Assembly (NCBI GenBank): GCA_002437585.1
Contig: DJQM01000064.1
Location: 11,372 to 35,371 of the forward strand
Length of the DNA: 24,000 nucleotides
Origin: Clostridiales bacterium UBA6386
GTDB lineage: Bacteria; Bacillota; Clostridia; Oscillospirales; Oscillospiraceae
Direction: 5' to 3'
Shown: in pieces, positions 15,765-23,008 of the stretch
How the letters are laid out: each line of letters starts with the position of its first letter
Numbering within the stretch: position 1 is the stretch's first letter
Translations under genes and position numbers: made by a program
Notes under the pieces: model-generated
The model's input: the letters and a program-made list of their open reading frames with translations, nothing else
Database searches by the model: none
What the model was told of the DNA's origin: nothing

Positions 15765-17048
15765 ATGTGGGAAAACGAAACCAAGAAAGCCTGGATACGC
15801 AATGTTGTGATTTTCGTGGTACTGGTGGTTGCGGCAGCGGCGTTACTGGTGACCATGCTCCAGGTGAAAAAGCAGATCGACGCCGAGGATGAGCTGCTGG
15901 AATCCAAGAGCTCCAGCCAGCAGCAGGAGCTGAGCGAGGTGCGCCAGGAAAATCTGGACGTGATCCAGCAGGGCTATGACACAGACATGCAGACCGCTCA
16001 GCAATATCTGCCCGGCATCGTCTGCTGGGGTGACAGCCTGACCGCCGGTTCCTCCGGCAATGTGTCCTACCCGGTGATTCTGCAGAAGTACATCAATATT
16101 TATCTGTGCGACGTGTACGACTTCCGTTCCACGGTGACCAATCCCCAGGATTACGATTCCCGGGTGGACTGGGATGACTATACCCTGACCGTTCCCGTGG
16201 TGAATATGGGCGCGGGCATGGAGGACAGTGCCACGGTGCTGGGCCGCAGCGGCGTAAGGCCTTACATTGTGTCCAAGGCCTTTACCATCCCGGCAACCTG
16301 TGAGGCGGTGAGCCTGAGCATCAGCTCTGTGGACAAGAAGCAGGTCAATCCCCTGACCGCCGGAAACGCCGGACTGAACCCGGTGACCATCTGCGGTGTT
16401 CAGGGCACCCTGAGCCTGGTTTCCCAGTCCTACGGCCAGTACACCTATGACTTCACCCGGCTGGAGCCGGGCAGCGAGGTGGAGGTGGAGGCCGGCACGC
16501 AGGTCATCGCTGCTTGCACCGACGAATACCGGAACTACATCCATGTGGTCTGGCTGGGCACCTACGGGGAGTATACCAGTGCTTCTCAGCTGGTGGAGGA
16601 CACCAAGACCCTGCTTGCCCGGCAGAACGTCAACCCGGATCGCTATCTGGTGCTGGGCCCCTGCACCCTGCGGGGCTCCTGGACCAATGCGGACAGCACC
16701 ACCATGGACACCCTGGATTCCGCCATGCTCCAGGCCTTCGGCAGTCACTATATCAACGTGCGCAAGTACCTGATGGTGGACGGCGCGACGGACGCCAGGC
16801 TTTCTCTCAGCCAGGAGGACAAGCAGCTGATCCAGCAGGGCAAGGTTCCTTCCATCTTCCGCAGCAATGCCACCGGCGCGGACTTGAACGGCGCGGCTTA
16901 CCGGCTCATCGGCAAGCTGGTCTACGATCGGATGGATCGGCTAGGCTACTTTGAGGAGGTTCGGCAGGAGCTGGGTCTGGAGAAATCCACCCAGGAGCTG
17001 CTGAAGGAGGATCCGGATTACTTTACCAAGCTCATCAACGCCAACTGA
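15765..17048 (+). CDS. Membrane-anchored SGNH/GDSL-family hydrolase (EPS-locus associated)
   Basis: GDSL block I, GIVCWGDSLTAGSSG. Single N-terminal TM helix (VVIFVVLVVAAAALLVTML) followed by a Q/E-rich linker. ATG 15765 is preferred (GGAGAG at 15750-15755, 9-nt spacer). The ORF-track GTG at 15711 is an alternative start. Confidence 0.75.
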   Translation: MWENETKKAWIRNVVIFVVLVVAAAALLVTMLQVKKQIDAEDELLESKSSSQQQELSEVRQENLDVIQQGYDTDMQTAQQYLPGIVCWGDSLTAGSSGNVSYPVILQKYINIYLCDVYDFRSTVTNPQDYDSRVDWDDYTLTVPVVNMGAGMEDSATVLGRSGVRPYIVSKAFTIPATCEAVSLSISSVDKKQVNPLTAGNAGLNPVTICGVQGTLSLVSQSYGQYTYDFTRLEPGSEVEVEAGTQVIAACTDEYRNYIHVVWLGTYGEYTSASQLVEDTKTLLARQNVNPDRYLVLGPCTLRGSWTNADSTTMDTLDSAMLQAFGSHYINVRKYLMVDGATDARLSLSQEDKQLIQQGKVPSIFRSNATGADLNGAAYRLIGKLVYDRMDRLGYFEEVRQELGLEKSTQELLKEDPDYFTKLINAN

Positions 17049-17074
17049 CACCCGGGAAAGAAAGAGGATTTACT

Positions 17075-17881
17075 ATGCAGTATACGGAAGAAGATACCAT
17101 TGACCTTCTGGAGCTTGCCAAGGCGATCTGGAAGAACATCCTGATCATCGCGCTGGTCGCCGTGCTGCTTGGCTCCGCGGCCTTCGGCGTTTCCGCCTTC
17201 CTGATCGAGCCTACCTATCAGGCCATGGCCTCCATGTACGTCAACAACAGCTCCTTCAGCCTGGGGCAGACCAGCTTCTCCATTTCCACCTCCGAGCTGT
17301 CCGCCTCCAATTCTCTGGTCAGCGTGTACATCTACATTCTGGAATCCAGAACCACCATGGAGGACGTGATCAAGGAGGCAGGGCTGAGCTACACTCCCAC
17401 GGAGCTGGGAGAAATGGTGGAGGCCGAGGGCGTGAGCAACACCGGCGCCTTTGAGATCACCGTCACCAGCACCGACCCTGCCGAGGCGGAGCTGATCGCC
17501 AATACGATTGCCAAGCTACTGCCTGACCGGATCGCGGAGATCGTGGACGGCAGCTCCGTGCGCATCGTGGACTACGCCATCATTCCCGCCCACCGTTCCG
17601 GGCCGAGTCTTGTGAAGAACACCGCCATGGGCATTCTGGCAGGCGGCTTCCTGGCGGCGGCAGTGGTGGTGGTGAACTTCCTGTTCAACGATAAGTCCAG
17701 GGAAATGATCCGGTGCGCCGACGACCTGCGGGAGATGTACCCGGATGTGCAGGTTCTGAGCATGATCCCGGATATGCGCCAGTCCGAGAAGAAGAACGGC
17801 TACTATTCCGACTATTACTACGCGCCTGCGAAGAGCAAGCAGAAGGGAGGCGCAGACAATGGCAGAAAGCAAGGTGCTTAA
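17075..17881 (+). CDS. cpsC: Wzz/CpsC/CapA-type chain-length determinant, transmembrane modulator of the BY-kinase
   Basis: 268 aa. Wzz-type N-terminus (IDLLELAKAIWKNILIIALVAVLLGS...EPTYQAMASMYV). Second TM helix near the C-terminus (GILAGGFLAAAVVVVNFLF). Cytoplasmic tail with the Tyr cluster GYYSDYYYAP. Confidence 0.85.
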   Translation: MQYTEEDTIDLLELAKAIWKNILIIALVAVLLGSAAFGVSAFLIEPTYQAMASMYVNNSSFSLGQTSFSISTSELSASNSLVSVYIYILESRTTMEDVIKEAGLSYTPTELGEMVEAEGVSNTGAFEITVTSTDPAEAELIANTIAKLLPDRIAEIVDGSSVRIVDYAIIPAHRSGPSLVKNTAMGILAGGFLAAAVVVVNFLFNDKSREMIRCADDLREMYPDVQVLSMIPDMRQSEKKNGYYSDYYYAPAKSKQKGGADNGRKQGA

Positions 17882-18626
17882 CACCCCCTCCGGGGCAAAG
17901 AAGGATCCCCGCCGTACCGGCAAGGTCTGCGAATTTTTGACCTATTCCGGCCGGGAGGCCTTCAAGCGTCTGCGTACCAATGTCCTGATCGGCCTGGGAG
18001 AGAAAACCGATAAGAAGGGTCAGATCATCGGCATCACCAGTGCCCAGCCCTCCGAGGGCAAGAGCACCGTGTCCGTGAATCTGGCCTACAGCCTGGCGGA
18101 GCTGGGCAAAACCGTTCTGCTCATTGACAGCGACATGCGCCGTCCCGCCATCCACGACATTGTGGGTGCCAGTCTGGCTCCGGGCCTTTCGGAGGTGCTG
18201 GCTGGGGGGACTGCCCTGAATGATACGGTGGTTCGCTATAACAGCTCCGCGGATAAGACCTTTTTCGACCTGATCCCCGGCGGCACGATCCCCGAAGACC
18301 CGGTGGAAAAGCTGAACTCCGGCCGGTATCAGAAGCTGCTGGAGGCCGCCGCCAACGCCTTTGACTATGTGGTGGTGGATCTGCCCCCGGTAAACGCGGT
18401 GGTGGACGCGGTGAACGTATCCAAGTATGTGGACGGGATGCTGGTGGTTCTCCGGGAGGGTCATTGCCCCCGGTATGTGCTGGAGGAGTGTATGGAGCAG
18501 CTGCACTACGCCAATGCCCATGTGCTGGGCTTCGTGCTGAACGGCTGTGTCGAGGGCGCGTCCAAGCACTATCAGTACAGCAGCCGCTATGGCTACGGCT
18601 ACCGGTACGAGCAGAAACAAAAATAA
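17859..18626 (+). CDS. cpsD: CpsD/CapB-type protein-tyrosine kinase (BY-kinase catalytic subunit)
   Basis: 255 aa. Walker A ITSAQPSEGKST, Walker A' LLIDSDMRRP, Walker B VVVDLPP. C-terminal Tyr cluster HYQYSSRYGYGYRYE. GGGAGG RBS at 17845-17850. Overlaps cpsC by 23 nt. Confidence 0.9.
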   Translation: MAESKVLNTPSGAKKDPRRTGKVCEFLTYSGREAFKRLRTNVLIGLGEKTDKKGQIIGITSAQPSEGKSTVSVNLAYSLAELGKTVLLIDSDMRRPAIHDIVGASLAPGLSEVLAGGTALNDTVVRYNSSADKTFFDLIPGGTIPEDPVEKLNSGRYQKLLEAAANAFDYVVVDLPPVNAVVDAVNVSKYVDGMLVVLREGHCPRYVLEECMEQLHYANAHVLGFVLNGCVEGASKHYQYSSRYGYGYRYEQKQK

Positions 18627-18684
18627 TTGGCATTCCCTGCCTTCGGGCAGTCGAATACAAATCTCAGGGAAAGGAGGAATTCAT

Positions 18685-19143
18685 ATGAAGAAAGCACTTG
18701 TAATGCTTTTGGCCGTGGTGCTTGTCATCGGCATGGCGGTTCCCGCTTACGCGGTTTCCAGCCCTGTAGGTGGCAAGACCAGCTCTACGACCACTGCCGA
18801 TCTTCCCAAGCTGACGGATGAGAGCAAGGGGTATGTGGAGTTTATCGCCGTTGAGGATGCCGAGAAGCTATCCAAGGAGTCTCAGGCCACCTTTGCTGAG
18901 GCTCAGACCAAGCTGAAGGATGCCGCTCCCACCGGCATGAAGACCCAGTATTTCTGCTGGTGCCACATTGTGGGCAAGGAAAGCCCTGTAGATGTGGCCG
19001 TGGAGATCAAGGGGATCACCGAGCTGGTTGTGAAGCAGTATCTGGACGGCAAGTGGGTGGAGCTGAAGTCTGCCATCAACGCGGACGGCACTGCCACCAT
19101 CAACGGCCTGGTAGAAGGCCCTGTGGCGATCTTCACCAAGTAA
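18685..19143 (+). CDS. Secreted hypothetical protein (152 aa)
   Basis: Start at ATG 18685, with AAGGAGGAA at 18671-18679. The ORF-track start at 18547 is an upstream extension. Signal peptide MKKALVMLLAVVLVIGMAVPAYA|VS. I recognise no family. Confidence 0.7.
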   Translation: MKKALVMLLAVVLVIGMAVPAYAVSSPVGGKTSSTTTADLPKLTDESKGYVEFIAVEDAEKLSKESQATFAEAQTKLKDAAPTGMKTQYFCWCHIVGKESPVDVAVEIKGITELVVKQYLDGKWVELKSAINADGTATINGLVEGPVAIFTK

Positions 19144-19160
19144 TTTCCTTTCTGTGGCGG

Positions 19161-19190
19161 CGAGCCAGTCCTTCGGGACTGGCTCGTTTG
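19161..19190 (+). terminator. Intrinsic terminator after the secreted-protein gene
   Basis: CGAGCCAGTCC (19161-19171), loop TTCG, GGACTGGCTCG (19176-19186), followed by TTTG. Confidence 0.7.
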
Positions 19191-19255
19191 CATATTTAGG
19201 GACGCTCTGATGAAATCGGCAAGCGCTGACGGCGAGAGGCTTTGTTTCCAGGCAA

Positions 19256-19303
19256 GGTTCTAAAAACGGAGGAATACTGTATGTATTTCCCGTTTTTAGA
19301 ACC
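19256..19303. repeat. 14-bp perfect inverted repeat with a 20-nt spacer
   Basis: GGTTCTAAAAACGG (19256-19269) / CCGTTTTTAGAACC (19290-19303), in the 420-nt gap upstream of cpsB. Confidence 0.7.
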
Positions 19304-19384
19304 GCAGTCTGGGAGCAAAAGATCCGTCGTTCGGCCGCAGACGATTTATTCAGAGTTTCCTTAGAAAGACCGAAGGATACGCTT

Positions 19385-19428
19385 GTCATCGCGAACCAGC
19401 GCACGCTGGTGTGGCAATCCGTTTCTCC
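19385..19428 (+). repeat. Hairpin repeat family, copy B
   Basis: GTCATCGCGAACCAGC-GCAC-GCTGGTGTGGCAATCCGTTTCTCC. Confidence 0.8.
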
Positions 19429-19466
19429 ACGCTGCGTTTAGCTTTGGTAGAAAGGCCAGCTTCCTC

Positions 19467-19495
19467 TTGCAATTGGATAATTTCTGTGATATGCT
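19467..19495 (+). promoter_or_regulatory. Candidate promoter for cpsB and the LCP gene, bracketed by 11-nt direct repeats
   Basis: TTGCAA (19467-19472), a 17-nt spacer, then TGaTATGCT (hexamer 19490-19495). GATAATTTCTG occurs at 19476-19486 and again at 19502-19512. Confidence 0.5.
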
Positions 19496-19564
19496 GTCAC
19501 TGATAATTTCTGCGCCACGGTAACGTACCGCGCGCTGACCCGAATTGCGGAAAGGAGGTTCTCT

Positions 19565-20281
19565 ATGATCGATTTTCACAGCCATGTGCTGCCCCGGATG
19601 GATGACGGCCCCAGGAGCCTCCGGGAAAGCCTGGAAATGCTGAACCAGTGCTTTCAGCAGGGGGTGGACGCGGTGGTGAGCACCTCTCATTTTTACGCCT
19701 ATCAGGACGATCCCAAGGCTTTTCTCCTGCGCCGGGGACGGCGGCTGCAGGCGCTTCGGGAGGCGATGCTTTGCAGCACAGAGGTTTACCCCCGGATCAT
19801 CCCCGGGGCGGAGGTGCTGTATTTCCCCGGCATCAGCCAGGCTCAGGAGGTGGCGGAGCTGTCCATCGCCGGACGGGTCATTCTGATCGAGCCGCCTATG
19901 GCTCCCTGGTCGGACGATATGCTCGATGAGATCGTCAGCCTGGGGGAGAATTTCAGACGAAAGCCGGTCATTGCCCATGTGGATCGATACATGAAAATGC
20001 TGGGCGACAACGGTCTCATTGACCGGGTGCTGGAGCGGGAGCTGCTGGTGCAGGTCAACGGCAGCTATTTCCTGGATAAAAAGCGGGAAAAGGCCGCCAT
20101 CCGGAATCTGAAGAAAGGAAAAATCCATCTGATTGGCTCGGATTGCCACAACCTATTCGATCGTGCCCCCAATCTGGGTCTGGTGCGCCGGGTGGTTCGG
20201 GCGGCGGGGGCTGAGGCGGAATTTCGAGTTCTCCAGGAAAACGCCGCCGGGCTTCTGGAGCTGGAAGGAGAGTTGGTATGA
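19565..20281 (+). CDS. cpsB: CpsB/YwqE-type PHP-family protein-tyrosine phosphatase
   Basis: 238 aa. MIDFHSHVLPRMDDGPRS, VVSTSH, PVIAHVDRY and LIGSDCHN match the pneumococcal CpsB metal-binding motifs. GGAAAGGAGG RBS. Confidence 0.9.
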   Translation: MIDFHSHVLPRMDDGPRSLRESLEMLNQCFQQGVDAVVSTSHFYAYQDDPKAFLLRRGRRLQALREAMLCSTEVYPRIIPGAEVLYFPGISQAQEVAELSIAGRVILIEPPMAPWSDDMLDEIVSLGENFRRKPVIAHVDRYMKMLGDNGLIDRVLERELLVQVNGSYFLDKKREKAAIRNLKKGKIHLIGSDCHNLFDRAPNLGLVRRVVRAAGAEAEFRVLQENAAGLLELEGELV

Positions 20282-21264
20282 AAAAAATCGTTTTGCTGCT
20301 GCTGTGCGCGGTTTTGCTGGGGGCTTTGCTGCTGGGCGCCCTGTTTGCCCACAAGCAGACCACGCAAACGCCCATTGAAAACGCGGGCGCGGCCGTCAAT
20401 GCCGAGGTCAAGTCCAAAGCCCTGACCTACCAGGGTCAGGAGTACCCCCTGAAAGCCCATTTGCAGACCGTGCTGCTCATCGGCACGGACACCCTGGAAA
20501 AATATGAGGAGCAGACCGAGGGAGTCAAGCGGTTCTATAACCACAACCAGGCGGATTTTCTCATGCTCCTGGCTCTCGACCGGGACGCGGGCACTGCCCA
20601 GCTGATCCAGCTGAACCGGGACACCATGACCGACGTGCCCTGGCTGGACGTGCTGGGGGACTACGGCGGAACCGAGGTCAAGCAGCTGTGCCTGGCCTTC
20701 AACTATGGCGACGGGGGCAGGAAGAGCTGTGAAAACACCGTGGACGCGGTGTCGGGGCTGCTGTTCGACCTGCCCATTGACAATTACATTCAGATTCCCA
20801 TGACTGCGGTGGGACCTCTGAATGACCTGGTTGGGGGCGTTCCCGTGACCATTGAGGAGGATCTGACGGCAGTTGACCCGGCCTTCCAGGCGGGTCAGAC
20901 CCTTCGGCTTACCGGCAGTCAGGCGGAGAAGTTCGTCCGCGCCCGGATGGTGCTGGAAAACGACACGAACCTGGCTCGGATGAAGCGTCAGCGAGCCTAT
21001 ATGGACAGCTTCCAGGCCTGCGCCCGGGAAGCCATCAATACCGATTCGGATTTTACCATGAAGCTGCTGGAAACGCTCAGCGACTTTCTACAGTCCGATA
21101 TGACCGCCCAGCAGCTGTCCGACCTTGTGACCCAGCTGGACAACGCCGATATTTCGCCCATCCGCTATGCTGACGGCAAGCTGCTTCTGGGGGAGAAGTA
21201 CTATGAGTTCTATCCTGACCAGGCCTCCCTCTGGGAGATCGTCAAGGCCGCCTGCTGTGAATAA
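20278..21264 (+). CDS. LytR-CpsA-Psr (LCP) family glycopolymer transferase
   Basis: 328 aa. N-terminal TM anchor. LCP core: TVLLIGTDT, ADFLMLLALD, LNRDTM, RARM. ATGA overlap with the cpsB stop. Confidence 0.88.
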   Translation: MKKIVLLLLCAVLLGALLLGALFAHKQTTQTPIENAGAAVNAEVKSKALTYQGQEYPLKAHLQTVLLIGTDTLEKYEEQTEGVKRFYNHNQADFLMLLALDRDAGTAQLIQLNRDTMTDVPWLDVLGDYGGTEVKQLCLAFNYGDGGRKSCENTVDAVSGLLFDLPIDNYIQIPMTAVGPLNDLVGGVPVTIEEDLTAVDPAFQAGQTLRLTGSQAEKFVRARMVLENDTNLARMKRQRAYMDSFQACAREAINTDSDFTMKLLETLSDFLQSDMTAQQLSDLVTQLDNADISPIRYADGKLLLGEKYYEFYPDQASLWEIVKAACCE

Positions 21265-21269
21265 ACCAA

Positions 21270-21302
21270 GTGCGCCGCATGTTCATGCGGCGCACATTTT
21301 TT
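21270..21302 (+). terminator. Intrinsic terminator after the LCP gene
   Basis: GTGCGCCGCA (21270-21279) / TGCGGCGCAC (21286-21295), loop TGTTCA, followed by ATTTTTT. Confidence 0.85.
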
Positions 21303-21310
21303 GAAAAATA

Positions 21311-21356
21311 TGTCATTGCGAACCAGTCCGCAGACTGGTGTGGCAATCCGTCCCCC
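21311..21356 (+). repeat. Hairpin repeat family, copy C
   Basis: TGTCATTGCGAACCAGTC-CGCA-GACTGGTGTGGCAATCCGTCCCCC. Confidence 0.85.
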
Positions 21357-21547
21357 TTGCATTCCCCTGAGAGAGTGGTGTTCCGCGCAGCGAGTTAAAA
21401 TTCATCAATTGCCAGTGGCAACTGCACCACAGTGCATGGTGCCTGAAGGGCGGATGAGGTCGCTTCCGGCCTTTACCTATTGGAAAGGTGTCTTGAAAAG
21501 GGAAAAACTCTCAGTCACTTCGTGATAGCTCCCCCAAAGTGGGAGCT

Positions 21548-21598
21548 GGGGAGAAACGGATTGCCACACCAGTGTTGCGACACTGGTTCGCAATGACA
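21548..21598 (-). repeat. Hairpin repeat family, copy D (inverted relative to C)
   Basis: The minus strand reads TGTCATTGCGAACCAGTGT-CGCA-ACACTGGTGTGGCAATCCGTTTCTCCCC. It is followed on that strand by the hairpin AGCTCCC/GGGAGCT (21527-21547). Confidence 0.85.
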
Positions 21599-21640
21599 TT
21601 TTCTATTTCGGTGCGCCATGGGTGGGGCACCTTTTCATAC

Positions 21641-22870
21641 TCAGACCACCTGGAAAATATAAAACTTCAGATAATCCGTCTCCGGGACGTTCCACAAAAT
21701 GGGATGATCCGGAGCCTGCTGCCGGGCTTCGATCTGCCGCAGCTCCACCCCCGCGTCCAGTGCCGCCGCGCGGAGCATCTTCACGAACAGCTCCGAGGGC
21801 ATGAAGTGGCTGCAGGACGCGGTGGCGAAATACCCGCCCCGGGGCAGCAGCTTCAACGCCCGCAGATTGATTTCCTTGTACCCCCGCTGGGCGCTGCCCA
21901 CGGTTTTCCGGGACTTGGTGAAGGCGGGCGGGTCGAGAATAATGAAGTCATAGGGGGTTCTGCCCTGGGCGGCCAGCTCCGGAAGCAGATCGAAAACATC
22001 GGCGGTGACAAAATCCATCCGGTCTTCCAAACCATTCCGCCGGGCGTTCTGCCGAGCCATTTCAATGGCGGAGGCGCTGATGTCCACGGCGGTGACGTGC
22101 TCCGCCCCACCCTTGGCGGCGTTCAGGGCGAAGGAGCCGGTGTGGGTGAAGCAGTCCAGCACCCGTTTTCCCTTGGAAAGCTTCGCGATAGCCAGCCGGT
22201 TGTACTTCTGATCCAGGAAAAAGCCGGTTTTCTGGCCGTTTTCCACGTCAACGGCATAATACACCCCGTTTTCACAGATTTCCGTCACCGGGCTTTCCGG
22301 AGGCGTTTCTCCGGGGAGAACGTACCAGCCCTTGTTCTGCGCCATGCCCTCCAGCTCCCGGATGGCCACGTCGTTGCGCTCGAAAATGCCCCGGATATCC
22401 TGGCCGTCCGCCCGGAGAAGCTTCACAAGAGCCGGGAAAATGATGTCCTTCACCCGCTCCATACCAATGGAAAGGGTCTGGGTGACGAGCAGATCGGAAA
22501 ACCGATCCACCGTCAGCCCGGGAAAGCCGTCGGCTTCCCCGAAAATAACCCGGCAGCAGGAAATGTCGCCCTGCATAACGGTCTTCCGGTAGTCCCAGGC
22601 GTATTGGAGCCGACGCTGCCAGAAGGCGGCGTCAAACCGGTCGTTGGCGTTCCGGGACAGCAGCCGGAGCCGAATTTTGCTGTGCCGACTGAAAAAGCCC
22701 GTGCCTAAATACTTGCCCTTTTCGCTGACCGCGTCCATGAGACCGCCGTTTTCGCAGTCTCCCTCCTGGCGGATGACCTCCCCCTCGTAGATCCAGGGGT
22801 GTCCCTGCTCCACCCACCGGGTGCCCTTGGCGGTGATGATGAGCCGGGGAAAATTCCGCTCCGCTTTCAT
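21641..22870 (-). CDS. rlmI: Class I SAM-dependent rRNA (cytosine-C5) methyltransferase, RlmI/YwbD-like
   Basis: 409 aa counted from ATG 22870, with GGAAGG RBS upstream. PUA-like N-terminus. SAM-binding motif VLDCFTHTGSFAL and motif IV ILDPPAF. The remainder of the 784-aa ORF-track entry is a spurious upstream extension. Confidence 0.85.
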   Translation of the reverse strand: MKAERNFPRLIITAKGTRWVEQGHPWIYEGEVIRQEGDCENGGLMDAVSEKGKYLGTGFFSRHSKIRLRLLSRNANDRFDAAFWQRRLQYAWDYRKTVMQGDISCCRVIFGEADGFPGLTVDRFSDLLVTQTLSIGMERVKDIIFPALVKLLRADGQDIRGIFERNDVAIRELEGMAQNKGWYVLPGETPPESPVTEICENGVYYAVDVENGQKTGFFLDQKYNRLAIAKLSKGKRVLDCFTHTGSFALNAAKGGAEHVTAVDISASAIEMARQNARRNGLEDRMDFVTADVFDLLPELAAQGRTPYDFIILDPPAFTKSRKTVGSAQRGYKEINLRALKLLPRGGYFATASCSHFMPSELFVKMLRAAALDAGVELRQIEARQQAPDHPILWNVPETDYLKFYIFQVV

Positions 22871-22902
22871 AAAAATCCTTCCTTTTCTCCAAAATTTCTC
22901 CC

Positions 22903-22931
22903 AGTATATCATAAATAACGGAAAATGAAAA
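22903..22931 (-). promoter_or_regulatory. Candidate promoter for rlmI
   Basis: On the minus strand: TTTTCA (22931-22926), a 17-nt spacer, then TGaTATACT (hexamer 22908-22903). Confidence 0.4.
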
Positions 22932-22951
22932 GACCTGACGGGGAAGTGCAC

Positions 22952-22980
22952 TTGAATTCTTTCCAATGGTGGGGTATAAT
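22952..22980 (+). promoter_or_regulatory. Candidate promoter for the GH26 gene
   Basis: TTGAAT (22952-22957), a 17-nt spacer, then a perfect TATAAT (22975-22980). About 28 nt upstream of the ATG. Confidence 0.6.
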
Positions 22981-23008
22981 TCAGGAAAAGAAAGTCGGAG
23001 GAATCGCC

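Noticed and set aside
15843-18620. Long minus-strand ORFs (15843-16748, 17685-18620)
   Set aside because: They are antisense to the SGNH hydrolase, cpsC and cpsD genes. Their composition is Gly/Ala/His/Gln-rich, as expected for reverse-frame translation of GC-rich genes.
18547-18684. Upstream extension of the secreted-protein ORF
   Set aside because: It overlaps the cpsD 3' end. ATG 18685 has AAGGAGG upstream and begins a canonical signal peptide.
19256-19303. Inverton (phase-variable promoter) interpretation of the 14-bp inverted repeat, and likewise of 13737-13801
   Set aside because: Only 20-29 nt lie between the arms, too short to carry a promoter. No recombinase gene is nearby. A simple hairpin is more parsimonious.
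21301-21525. 74-aa ORF (MKNMSLRTSPQTGVAIRPPC...)
   Set aside because: It has a non-ATG start, no RBS, and reads straight through repeat copy C. It is an artefact of the repeat.
21539-22708. 389-aa + strand ORF with a GTG start
   Set aside because: It is antisense to rlmI. Its N-terminus (GEKRIATPVLRHWFAMT) is simply the translation of repeat copy D.
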